Below are positions 23,219-36,949 of a stretch of 64,000 nt of DNA, piece by piece. The DNA is from Octopus vulgaris (lineage: Eukaryota): NCBI GenBank assembly GCA_951406725.2, contig OX597815.1, positions 112,034,001 to 112,098,000 on the forward strand, written 5' to 3'. Position 1 is the stretch's first letter, and each line of letters starts with the position of its first letter. The notes beneath the pieces were generated by a model. The model searched no databases. It worked only from the letters and a program-made list of their open reading frames with translations, and was not told the origin of the DNA. The position numbers and the translations under genes are program-made.

Positions 23219-24865
23219 TTAATTTCTCTGTGTCAGTATGTTCGGATGGTTGAGTCTGGGTTTGTACTTTTCAATGAAGAATGTTTCCTTGTTCAGTCTC
23301 ATTTGTGTTGATGATCCGAAAGCACATTGGTAAAATGGGAAGATTAAAAATTGTGGCAGTAGTTGCTTTGCGCATTTCTCAATGTGCTCACTAAAAGGTA
23401 TCATTCTATATTCTGGGAATGCAATCTGTTGTCGATGCAGTGTGCATCTGCGCCTGAGTGATAGTCCCGTGGAACCCACGTAGTCTTGGTGGCAGCCCGA
23501 GCATTTAATAACATAAATTATGTTTTCAGAGGCACAAGTAAAGTTAGATTTGATCTTAAATTTCTGTCCCTCTTTAAAGAAGAATTATGATCCTTCCAAT
23601 AGGTTAGGACATGTTGCACAGTTCGATCTACCACATTTTTTTACTTTTGCATCCGTAATTTTAGAAGACAATTTTGCATTTGTGAGAATCTTTTTAAGTG
23701 ATTTAGGCTGTTTGTAGCTTTTAATGATTTGGTGTATGTTTAGAATTTCCTTTAATTTTGGGTTTTTATGAAGTATTGGTAAATTCTGGGTGATGATGGT
23801 GAAGGTTTCTTTGTTTCTGGGGTTGTATGTAGATATGTAAGGTAGTATTTTCGGGGAAGGTGTGTTGTTGTGTTGAACTTTTCTTAAAGTTTCTATGTTG
23901 ATTTCTGTTGCACGTCTGATCCCATCCTCTATGAGTTGAGCTGGGTAATGTCTGTCAATTAGGGTGTTTTTGAGTTCTTGCAGTCTAAAGTTCCTGGTAT
24001 TTTGTTCTGACACTATTGTGCATATCCTTCTTGCAAGGTTGAAGGGGATGTTTGTTTTAGTGTGTCTTGGGTGGCATGAATTAAAAAGAATTTATTGTTT
24101 GGCGTTTGTGGCTTTGTAAAAAATGTCTGTTTCTATTTTAAGGTTAATTTTTTTAATTAGTATATCCAAGAACGGGAGCTCCTTTTGGTTGTATTCCATT
24201 GTGAACTGTATATTTGGGTTTATGCTGTTCAATAGGTTTTTAAATTTTAGGAGTTTATCTATGTTTTCATTCCAGAGAATGAAACAATCGTCTAGGAATC
24301 GTTTCCAATTCTCTTTTATGTATTGAGAGGGAGTTTCCAAAGATTGATAGAGATTCCTGGTAAATGATTATTTCCATGTATCCCATTTTTAAGTTCGCAA
24401 TGACTGGTGCTGCCCTTGTACCCATAGCAATTCCGGATTTTTGACGGGAAAATGTATTGTCAAACATGAAGTGGTTATTGTGTAGGATGAATTCAATTGA
24501 TTTAGTAATGAATTCCTTACTGATCCTTTTTGGTATTTCTTCCGGAAATTGGTCTAACCAGAATTGTATTGCCTCCAGTCCATAATTATGAGGTATACTG
24601 GTAAACAAGTTGACTACATCAAATGAAACCAGGATTGTTTCTTCCTTGGTTTTTTTTGGAAGGTGGTTTAACATATCTAAGTCATCTCTGATATGGCTAT
24701 CGATATGTTTAAGGAAGGGTTTCAAGAGGATGTCCATAAGTAGACTTAGTCTGTGTGTTTCACAGGTTGGGCCAGCTACAATGGGTCGTAGTTTTAGGTC
24801 CCCCGGATTAGGTGTGTGTATGTATGTCTTTGGTGATTTTTTAATGGTTTCATTTATAATTTGAC
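23219..24865 (-). pseudogene. PLE reverse transcriptase + GIY-YIG endonuclease, disrupted
   Basis: 'LVSFDVVNLFTSIP', 'SGIAMGTRAAPVIANL', 'WKRFLDDCF', 'LPFLD', 'TDIFYK', linker 'CGRSNCATC' and 'NLIYVIKCSGC..DYVGST'. A few stops and frameshifts. Confidence 0.93.
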
Positions 24866-25029
24866 TTTTATGTCATTTTAAGGAAAGGGAAAAAAAATTT
24901 TTCCAATATTCTCCAGACATTTTGACACAAATATATATATTTTTTAACATTTAAGCCTTCTGTCATTTTTTCACACTTTACTATTTTCTTATATATTCAC
25001 CCACGTGCTTTACCAAACAAACTTTCTTA

Positions 25030-25086
<57 letters not shown>

Positions 25087-25099
25087 TTATATATTATAT

Positions 25100-25172
<73 letters not shown>

Positions 25173-25375
25173 ATTCAAATGAATATGATACTTAAGTTGA
25201 AGCAACACAATTTAGTGCGATATTATCCATACAATTTCAAAGTAATGTGATTAAAATCAAAATAAGCAACAAAGATATAATTGATGCAATGATTGCATTG
25301 TTCAATTAAATGGAGTTGCATGAAACGATCATACTACATTACCTCTGGACATCCTTGTTGCTTACTTCGATTTTT
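25173..25375. mobile_element. Short PLE-type terminal fragment, same family as 10234-10476
   Basis: Inverted ends AAAATCAAAATAAGCAACAA / TTGTTGCTTACTTCGATTTT. Contains GCATGAAACGATCATACTAC, the HHR 3' half only. Confidence 0.6.
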
Positions 25376-25447
25376 TATATTCATATTTCATTTTTTTTTT
25401 CATTTTATCTAGTTTCAACTCACGAGCTGTGGCCATGCTGAGGCACC

Positions 25448-25507
<60 letters not shown>

Positions 25508-25525
25508 TATACATACATACATACT

Positions 25526-25597
<72 letters not shown>

Positions 25598-27044
25598 AAT
25601 GTGACTTATAACTTCTTAATTGCAATGGAAACAGAAGCGTTGAAGTTCGATTTTTAGTGACATTTTCTGAGAGTGATTCGTAAATTTGACATTTTGTGAT
25701 TGGCGGAGCAGGATAGAAATTCCATTTCCAAAACCGTAATTATTTTACACCTAGCAATAAGTCAATAGCGTAGGACTGTGAATATTGCTTCTGTAACAAG
25801 TAATATCTGTGCGCATTAGGCTCGTTGGAGGAATGCTTAATTTTGTTGTTATTTTCTTTCTAAGATGTGGTCAGTTTGATATAGATTTATAACCGTTCTT
25901 TTGTTTTAGTTCTTAAATTATCTAGCGCTCTTTCCATTACTGGATTTGATGAAGCCAACACCTAACATATAGATAGGATGCAGCACGATACTACCCAGAA
26001 TCCTGAAATAATCTAAATGTAATACAGAACTTACTCGATTTTACTGAACCGGCTTCACTATGTACCCATTATATTTTTTATGGTAGGAATTTATCTAGAA
26101 GATTTCTGTGATAAATGACTAACCAAAGAAAGAGTAACTATATAAGTAAATATTTAAGACATTTAGAAGTGTTTGTGTCATAATTAATAACTATACTAAT
26201 AAAGGTGCCAAACAATAATGCAATATTCCGCTATCGAATGTAGATTACCGTTTGCGTACATTAATGACAATCCTCTATTTTAATGCACAAAAGTTTCCTT
26301 TCAACTTTAAATATACACTTTTCCATCTCACCACTGTTTAATCAATACACTTCTTTATCGTTTTGAATTATCTTTCTCTTCTATCCTTGATTTTTATTGT
26401 TCGGATTAATATTTCTTTTATTTTCATCATTTTATTTTCATTTGTATACAAACAACCATAGAAATGTACGAACAAAAATATCTATTATTGTATAATTGAA
26501 TTGTTAAAGAGACAACTCAAGCAAACCACACTTTAATACATCATGTTGACAGCTCCATTTTCTCTATTAACCTTTGAATAGCTTATTTTGATTTCAAAGA
26601 CAGTTCTTCTGTCTCTGTGATGTCAATTACCACTCAATAAGCAAACGAAAATGCGGAGATAAGAGAAAGCTATCTCCTCATCTACTAGAGTATTTATGTT
26701 TCTTATTATTATTCAGTACTTATCAGATCATTGCTTGTTATTTTGATATTTAGTCTCAGTTTTGGGAGAAAAGCCAAACGTTACATTAATAAGTTAGCTT
26801 CTTTCCAATGGATGGAAAGTAAGAGTAAGAATACTTTTTTAACGTAAACTTTAGTGAGAAACACAAAAAGATCAATGAAATGTCTGACATATATTACTTT
26901 TTTCTCTACTAATGTTATCTTTTTTTTCATTTACTCGGATATGCAGTTACATATAGATACATCTTTAGTATAGAGTTATTGTAAATTCGCAAGCCATTTT
27001 TCAGACATTTACGAGTTACTTATCAGCTTTTTTCACTTATTCAA

Positions 27045-27500
<456 letters not shown>

Positions 27501-28940
27501 ACATACTTAACAAAAATATGCAGGCAACATTGTAAAATAGAGTAAAGCCGTTTAAGAAATCCAGTATACTGTAAGGTGAGTGTATATAGGATGAGAAAAA
27601 TCTACAGCAAAGAAAGGATATGTCTTCGAGAAAGAACAATATATGACATTGTCTTAGTATATGCTGCGTCTTGGCTCCGCTAGATTTCTATCAAATATTT
27701 CTTGATGTCTTTATTTCTATCTGTATCGTGAATATAAGTTTGCGTGAACTGCATGATCTCTGTAGACTTCTCTCATGTCTATGCCGAGAAAAATTATCAT
27801 ATTAAATTCTCACTTTCTGACCTACGTAACAAAGAAAAATATGCAGCTAAACGAAACAATTATTTGCATAGAGTGGATTTAAATTTAATATCAAGAGAAA
27901 ATCCTAAATACGACTCGTCCTATTCTTTAAAAACTAGTTGGAAAAAATTGTTGTTTTCCAAATAGGAGTGTGGGTTACATTATGCATGAACAAGTAATGT
28001 TTAATATTACTAAGCTATTTTGATTATTACTGGCGGACGCATCAAAGTTTAAAACAACGTGGCCTTTTTAACCATTAGATTTAAATTGTCTGTTATAGCT
28101 TTGATCCAGAGACTATAGTCTGTTGCGTGTTTCTTAAATAAAAAAGTATCTGAATATGCTTTATGATTCGTATTTACTGAGAAAGTTGCTCCCGATGTAA
28201 GGTTATTACACTTCACGTGATACAACGCACATGTCTGTAAACCTACCACTGCTATGTAGTTGTAGGGACAGATTGTTTAGTAACGCTTCAGTTGTGTCAA
28301 TTTATGGGACAAATTCCAGTGGGGAATTTTGAGAGAAATCTCGCGCAATGCTCCCCCAATCCTTCCAGTAGGATTGCTTGATAGATTGCTGCATTTGTGT
28401 AATCATTAAAAATTATCCCTTGTTTCAAACAATCAAGTGTTGATGTGGACGTAGATATGCATCAACAAGGATCTCATTGTTTTATTATCTTTTATTAGGG
28501 AAGAACGGTAAGGTACTTGAATTTTTCATGGTCTCAATAGGAGTGGAGAAGGGGACCTCAAACTGACATCTGTCTCGTTTTACCAACGCTTCTAAAAGTA
28601 GGAACGCAGAGATACACTACGTGGAATTTCGATTCATTGCAAATATTTAGAAAAAATGCCGACACTTTAATGGTTCTACCGTTTATCCATGTTTATCCCA
28701 GTGGATTTTTATCATAAAACTAGTGACATCTGATGGCACAATGGTATGCAGCTTGTTGAAGCATGATGAGTTTTTTCTAAATGAGATAATGTGAGACGAT
28801 TTCTACTGTTATCATCTTACACTCTTACACACATACACACATACTTATATCGTTATGTATATGTATGTGTATATATAAATAAAAGCAATAATAAATCTCT
28901 GAGCTAGAATATATATAAGCAATAATATATTTCTGAGCTA

Positions 28941-29030
<90 letters not shown>

Positions 29031-29429
29031 TGTATGTATGTATGTATGTATGTATGTATGTATGTATGTGTGTGTGTGTGTGTATGTATGTATGGCCAAA
29101 ATAAACACCGCAGTGAATGCAATGACGAAATATATAAATTTATAAATAAGGATAATATCGATATTTAAGTATCGATATATTCGTATGTATGCGCACACAC
29201 CCATGCTCGCGTATATATGTACGAGTGAGAGTATGCATATATGCATGCATGTGGGTATATGTAAACATATGTACACATGCAAGGTATATATACCTGCATA
29301 TGCAAGGGCGATGATACACGCAGATGAGCGTATAAGTGAGCGTGTATGAGGGCATACGCATGCGAATAAGTATTGTATATGTAACTTACCTGATGTATAT
29401 ACATGTATATACATCTTCACATATATATT

Positions 29430-30405
29430 TTCGCAGAAAACTAAACACTGCTATTTCCTTAATTCTTCATATATTTGCCTCACAATCAGAAGCTACTACT
29501 ACACAATGGTCTTTCTTCTACCTCTTAACCACCCCTATTCCTCTATCTTTTACACTATAATACCTTTCTCTCTCTATCCACACCCCTACTTTCAAATTAT
29601 CTCCACTGTCCACTGACTGATCTATATCTTAATTTTTCTTTTTTCTTTATTCCCTTTATTCAGGATCTTTATTCTTTATTTTTTATTTTTTTATTATTTT
29701 GTTATTTTTACTAATCTTCTCTCTCCTTTCTCTTTCATTCTTTCCATCACTCCTCTTTTTTCTCTTTCTTTCTTCTTTTTTTTCTCTTTCTTTTTTTTTT
29801 TTCTTTATTTCATTCCTCTCTTCCTACTTTTAATTTAACTATACTAATACACTCCCTATTTCTAGGTCATTTTAAATACAAACCTTGACTCTGCAACACT
29901 ATATATAAATTCCCTACTGGGAATGACCAAGTTTTAAAATCTGCTGGATCTCACTCATATGGGAATCTTACATTGCTTATAAACTATATATTTTGAAGGG
30001 CTCATATTAAACTCTATTGGATTTTTGGATTTTACTCAAAGGATATTGGAATTATGCCTATAAAACGGATTTACAAATTCAGTACCCATACATATCTTAC
30101 ATCTATTTTCTTTCCTCCACCTCACTCTCTATTTGTATCACATCGAAACTAACTATGACTTAAGTTTTCCTCTCACACCGTCTCCGATGAAGAGATATTA
30201 TTAATTAATATCCTAGAAACAGCTGTAAGACCTTCTATCTATGAATGCTCTAATATCTATACAGCCTTGGTTTTTTATCTTATTACGCTAAAAATTCTTA
30301 TATACACACGCAATATTACCGAATCTTGAACGTAACTATATTCTGTCTATAGCACTTATTCAGCATTACCTGTCACATTTGGGTCTCAATGACACCATTA
30401 TCTCT

Positions 30406-30407
<2 letters not shown>
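29430..30407 (+). mobile_element. Probable PLE 3' non-coding region with HHR motif, ending in (TA)n
   Basis: Pyrimidine-rich block followed by the HHR at 30180 and an approximately 175-nt tail abutting (TA)n. Confidence 0.5.
30180..30231 (+). ncRNA. Hammerhead ribozyme motif with U4-to-C core change
   Basis: GTCT-CCGATGA-AGAGATATT..AATATCCTA-GAAAC-AGCT-GTA-AGAC. Palindromic ACAGCTGT. Confidence 0.7.
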
Positions 30408-30437
<30 letters not shown>

Positions 30438-31589
30438 CATATATTAATATTAAAATACATATGTATGTATAGGAATACGGAAATTAATACACACGTAACT
30501 CGATACATTCACACGAAAATATATATAAAAGCCTCACAAAGTAATCACAATTTGTTTGCTAATGTTTTTTCTCGAACACAAAATATTGCTTATGTGTATA
30601 TTAGTGCATCATTGTAGATATTGAATTACTTGACTTACGTTTATTGATTTAAGTAATAATTGTTTGGCGGTTTTGACCTTATGAGCAAAACAATAGAAGT
30701 GATTCAGAAGATTAACTATATCACATCTTTCTTGTGTTTGTGTATGAGTGTGAATGTGTGTGTGAGTGTGTACGTTCATATATACGCATTTTAGAGTGTG
30801 CTTGCGCGTGTGTGTGACTGTGTGGGTATGTGAGTATATGTTTCTAAGTGTTTCGTTTCTTTTTTGTCTTTGCTTTTCCGGCCATTATGTTTAACAACAA
30901 TGGATTAGTTGACATTCAGAGTTACAAATTTTCACAATAAAAATTTGTAATTTCCACTTAACAAAATTACGCGGTCAAAATTCCTGCTAAAATAGTAACT
31001 AAATATTGTTTAAATTAGATGAGATCTTAAACTATTTGGTAACGTAGGTACACCATGATGACATAAAATGGTTCTTAGGCTTGTAAATTTTTTATAATAC
31101 ATCCCTCTGCAGTTGTGAGAATTATCACGTTTTTTCATGGAGGGAGAGTGAATGAGAAGGAAAATGGGACTACAGTAGATGCCAAGTACTTTATATATCA
31201 TTCCAAAATAAGAAGGAAAAAGTCCTTGATCTTACCATGCGTAGCACCAGGGTCAAACATGCGTTAAGGAATAAATAGGCAGACATTCATTAATGCTTAA
31301 TCCTGATAGTATGGAAGAAATCTTTGGACATATTTTGGGTACAGTAAGTCTATTCTGGGAGATTGTAGAATGCTATGTACTTGCTAAAATAAGGATAAAT
31401 AAATGGAAAGTACTATAGGACTATTAATGATCAAAAATGACATACTATAACGATGAAATCATTTAAAGAATAAATTAGAGTTGTCATCCCCAATAAATAT
31501 TATGATTACGTTACTTACTGACACTTCGAGATATCTCTATAATTCTGATTCCATAATATATCCTACTATTTATTGTAAATTTTGGTACA

Positions 31590-32460
31590 AGGCTGTGTTT
31601 TTTGTGCCACTCTTATTTGCTTTGTATTTCTCCATCATGTTGAAACAGCGTTCGAGGTTGTTAAAGGAGTAACGTTTCAGTATAGAACTGATTGTGGGTT
31701 GATGCGAAGATGAATAAAGAAACTGAGATCAGAATCGGGAGGTTTTCTGTAAGCTTTATCACAGGCTTTATCGTGGAAGGTGAAAGTCAATGTATATCAA
31801 TCGGTGGTCTTGACAACATTGCTTTATGGTGCTGAATATTGAACTCTGTACCGAAAGCATATCAACCACCTTGACGCTTTTCATATGCGATGATTGAGTA
31901 CTATCTCCAACATAAAACCGATTCACCATATTCATAACAGTGAAGTACTAAGAAAATGCAACATATCAGATATTGAAGCCATCCTGATCAAAATACAGCT
32001 TAGATGGTCAGGTCATCTCTCACGTCTGAATGGTATCAGAAATCCGAATCAACTTCTCTTTTGCAAATTCCCAAAAGGGAAATCAGTTGGGCATCAGAGG
32101 AAATTAAAAAGCAATCTGAAATGATGTAACTTTCCCTTTTCTTCCCGGCAAAAAAGAGCATCAGAACGCAGGGCCTGGTTCAAAGATTTAAGCAAAGTCG
32201 ACTCCAGCATCGGGACCAACTTCGTGCAAACATGAAGGCACGCTGGTAAAACACTGCTCCTCTAAATGGAAACCAAACCAGTCGTGGTTTGACACGAAGC
32301 AAAGTAGACCTTTCCGTTCACTCAAGAAAACACATAGTAAATGCTTCGTTCACAAGCTATCAATCACACTGAATCCTCAGCTTGTTCCATTTGCCAAAAG
32401 GTCTGCAAGACACCAGCAGGCCCCACGCGACACATTCGTGTCTATAGAGCATGATTAACA
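31590..32460 (+). mobile_element. RTE (BovB-like) LINE remnant
   Basis: 'VYQSVVLTTLLYGAE', 'NSEVLRKCNISDIEAILIKIQLRWSGHLSRL..IRNPNQLLF'. Confidence 0.85.
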
Positions 32461-32989
32461 GTTTATTTTTCTGAGCACTCATTTGTCGTTTACAAAAAGA
32501 GAATCCATCTTATGTTTAAAAAAACTTATACTAAATACACAGACTAATAGAAAACAGACACAAAATGTCACCAACCCCTCAACAGTTATTGATCAAGGAG
32601 TCAAACGCAATTTTGCGCCTTTAATGATGATATTAATCCCTCCTGATGGCGACCGACAAGTAGCTGCCGAGAAATGGGACCAAAGAATAACAGAAATAGA
32701 AGGACAATAGACAACGAAACAAGCTGTAGTGGAGATTACAGAAATTACACCGGGATGCTTCAGTGGTCGGGGTGAAAAAGAAAGGAGGAAGTTAGAAAGA
32801 AAACAGGATGACTACTGTAGTAAGAAGGGGAAGGAAATTGGAAGCGGGCAGAGAGAGGCGCAGAGAGCAGGCAGGAGAGAGGCGAATGAGAAGAAGAGAT
32901 AAATAGGAGAGAAAGGGGAAGAAACAGAGAGAGAAAAAGGATAAAGAAGAAAGAATCAAGAAGTGTGGTATAATGTATCTAAAAAGAGG

Positions 32990-33600
32990 CAAGGTACAGT
33001 CTCTAGCTGGAATAGAATTACTACATAGAGGACAGATTAAACAAACTGAAAAAGAAGGCTACAAATACCTTGGTATGCTAGAGCTCAACGAAATAATGGA
33101 GAGAAACATGAAAGAGCAACTGAAGAAAAGGAATATTTCCGAAGACTAAGATTAGTTTTGCGTTCAAAATTGACCGGATGGAATAACATCTAAGCAGTTA
33201 ATACATGGGTGATCGAATCAATTCAGTATGGAGCTAGAATCAAAAGAAATAACTGATGAACATGGATACAAAGACAAGGAAGATGTTGACAGTGCATAGA
33301 GCCTTCCGCATTAAGAGTGACACCGATAGGCTGTACTTGCCCAGAAGAAAGGAGTGGGAGAGGCTTGATCAGTTGCAAGGACTGTATCGAAACAGAGGTA
33401 AACAGCTTAGTAGGGTTTTTTAAAAAAATAACGTGGAACCATTGTTAAAACATGCAAAGAAGCCCGGTATCATTAAAATTGATAATTGTATTAAGAAAGA
33501 AAAATATACAGATGAATAGAACACAAACAAGAAACAGCATGGAAATAGAAAAAAAATGTACGGTTAGTTTGCAAGAGATACGATCGCCAACACAGATTCA
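32990..33600 (+). mobile_element. R4/Dong-like LINE internal fragment
   Basis: EGYKYLGMLE, 'AVNTW', 'DTDRLYLPRR', 'RGLISC'. Similar to the other RLE LINEs in the window. Confidence 0.8.
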
Positions 33601-33609
33601 TATTTTATG

Positions 33610-33735
33610 TTCTGAGTTCATGTCCCACCAAGGTCGGCTCAACCTTTCACCCTTTCGTGGTCAATAACATAATCACCAGTAGAGCATTTGGATTGATGCA
33701 CCAGACTTGCTGGTCGTGTGCAAAATTTGAAATCA
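33610..33735 (+). mobile_element. SINE fragment with Nin-like domain
   Basis: GAGTTCA..CCCACCAAGGTCGGCTCAACCTTTCACCCTTTCGTGGTCAATAA resembles the Nin-SINE central domain. Confidence 0.55.
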
Positions 33736-34926
33736 AGATTATTATTTAGACCAAAGCACGTGAACTCCACATCTCTATGGTCACATACTAATAATTTTAT
33801 TCACTACAAAAGATCTAAGCTGCACTCTTACATCTTCATCAATTTTGCTTATATTTTCTGTGAAAACAAACAATATTATCCTATTTTCTTTCAGTATAGG
33901 CATTCGCACGCTCTTTCTTTCCCTCATCTCTATCTCATTTACATACCCTTCTCTTCCTTTTCCTTCCTTTTTTTCTGTCTTCCCCACTCTCACTCTCTTT
34001 GTATACCTACCCTGTCCCCCTAAATTAGTAGTTCGCTTACTGCTTTAACCACGTACATATTAAAATATTTCCATCATTATAATCATATTTTTGAAATGCT
34101 TCAACTAAGGATGGTTTACATAATGGATACATTTACTATCATACATTTCGCAAACTTGAAACGTAGGTTTTAAACGAATTTGATTTAACTTTATTATTGC
34201 AACTTAATATGCAGATATCACGGAAAGGTTTTAAAGTTTTTATTTTACAATAATTTTATGATTAAGTAACATTTTTCTTCAACATTTGTTAAACCCTTTT
34301 ATTCAGCTAAGTCTACAATCATTACTTATATCCTGTGTTTGCAAGAGCTGTCGTAATGATACTAAATTACAGTCTAAAGCCAATCATTTCAGAATTTAGC
34401 CCCTATATACTTTCTACTCGCGAAATGGCCTTAAGTAATTTTCTGTGATCACAACCAAATTACAGTAAGTCGGTGTTTAAATGTGTAACATGTAGAATCG
34501 ATATAATATTTGTTATCTAGCGTGACTAATTTATATATTTATATGTGTATTATATTACTTAATAGGCACCTACATTTAAGAGGAATATTTGAGGCTGTCT
34601 AGAGTTAAAATGTGTTCAGTTACTGACTGAGAACTGAAGGGATGCATTAGTCGAATTTTCATATTGGACACATTCTTTAATTCCTATGAATTAGTTTGTT
34701 TATATGACGAATATTAGCGTAGGTGTTTTTTGTTATTGTAACATATAAAGCACTTTACAGAACTTTGTCAAGAATTTGAAATTTATCTATATAAGAAAAG
34801 ATAGCGTTGGTGCTATTGTTAGTGTGGTTTCGATTATTGATTTTCAAATTTCTAGTTTCGCTCTTTATAAATTGCCCATTGTTCCGATATCTACTGTTGC
34901 GATTGATACATTATTAACATTTTTCG

Positions 34927-35175
<249 letters not shown>

Positions 35176-35362
35176 GCCATGATGGATGTCTACGAGTTTA
35201 TTTATTCCTGGCACTATGAGGTATTCTGCTACTGGATGAGCATTAAGATTTCTAACTGTATTTTAAAATTGTAACACTGGGGAGAGGTTTCATTGTCATT
35301 TTCGGTATAGCAGTTTTTTCCTGTGTATTTGTTAACTTTGACATTTTTTTCTTTTATTTTAG

Positions 35363-35442
35363 GATCTGCAGTGGCTCTAAGTTTAGCACTATGTATGGTG
35401 GCATTTTGTTTGCATTCTGTACTGTTTATATTGGTTGAATGA
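35363..35442 (+). other. Candidate terminal coding exon with a hydrophobic C-terminus
   Basis: Strong acceptor TTTTTTTCTTTTATTTTAG|GA. Phase-1 reading gives (G)SAVALSLALCMVAFCLHSVLFILVE*. No upstream exon established. Confidence 0.25.
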
Positions 35443-36207
35443 ATAATAACATATCAGAATATGTCTTACTACTGTTTGCTGCTGACTAGAATTACCGATT
35501 CTGCTGATGGCACCTGTGTTCATCGCAAAATATGTATATAATATCATCTCTAAACCATTGGAAATTTGTTCACTTGCCAATAATACAGAAATTGTAAGGA
35601 AAATATTTCTTAGCTAGATTTCACATTGCAGATCTAGAATGATTGGATAGTGGATGCACGTAGTGTCCATTTTCCTATTGGTTTGCAGAAATTGAAAGCA
35701 CAACCCACTAGTTAGGTCTAAATAACATCGAAAAACAAAACCATATCTTGATAGATCATAATTTTGAAAGAACCAAGTAAGCCTATTAACAAAAAGTAAT
35801 TCCTTTCCTAAGAGAGAAATATTTGTAAATTCTTGGAGTAAATCGGTGTTTTTTAATACGGTTGAAAATATTTCATTTAACATACAAGATTAAATGATAT
35901 GCAAGAAATATGTTTTGTGCTCCGCTGGACATGTATATTATACTTTTTAATGAGCTCACCATGGCAATTTGCTTTTTATTTTGTTAGTCTTGTTACATCG
36001 ATTTACAGTACGTTTATCTAGAACTCTTTTATATGTGCCAGCATTATGACACATTTAAAGGAGCAAACCTTGGGTTTACTATATATTGTTGAATTTAAGG
36101 CAAACAATTATGCAAATCAAACTGATGGAAAAGGAAGAGGGGAATGAACACACACGCACACACACATACAAGCATAGACTCATACACCCCCACACAATCG
36201 CACACGT

Positions 36208-36250
<43 letters not shown>

Positions 36251-36789
36251 TGTATAGATATATTTGTGCTGTCATAAGAATTTATAAGAGTGAAATTATT
36301 CTGTATTGGAAGACTGCATCTCGAAGCCGTAAACAGCTATAAGTAATAGCACATAAATACTGAGGTAAAATCTTCTTGGTTTGGAAAAGTCGGAGGCCGA
36401 CCGTAGGACTTACACCTACGTCTCCTGTATACGTAAATGGCGTTCTATCATAATATCAAAATAAACTTTCAAAGTTATCTATTAGAGAAACTTTATTTTT
36501 AACAGTGTCAATTTTATGCTGACGTTATAAGAATTTATAAAGTTTGGGAAAACTGGAAATAATCAATTTCGGGAACGGTGAGACTGAAAAGAAATGATAA
36601 AACAGTTTGAGTTTTTAAACCGAATATTATCCCACTATCATTTATAGCTTTATCTGTTTCGAGATACACTGTTCCAAAACATTATATATATGTGAGTGCA
36701 CTTATGTATGTGTGACTGAGAGAGAAAGAGAGAGAGAGAGAGAGAGACATAGACAGATTACCTACATAAACACACATACATTTCAAGGA

Positions 36790-36907
36790 AACCACATGCT
36801 TTCCGGTTCAGTCCCACTGTGTAGCAACTAGGGCAAGTGTCTTCTACTATAGCCTCGTGCCAGCCAAAGCCTTGAGTGGGTTTGGTAGACTCAAACTGAA
36901 AGAAGCA
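36790..36907 (+). mobile_element. SINE 5' half
   Basis: GGTTCAGTCCCACTG...GGGCAAGTGTCTTCTACTATAGCC...AAACTGAAAGAAGC; same family as 43530-43680 and 49010-49160. Confidence 0.8.
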
Positions 36908-36949
36908 AATCTTTGATTCCAGTAAAGCTATATGTGTAGTTGCGGGCGT

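Larger units (their letters stand above)
22907..25031 (-). mobile_element. Neptune-like Penelope-like retroelement, 5'-truncated, with an inverted 3' repeat plus tail, in (TA)n
   Basis: RT and GIY-YIG on minus. 22907-23027 is inverted at about 24868-24990 and followed by an approximately 40-nt tail. (TA)n on both flanks. Confidence 0.92.
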
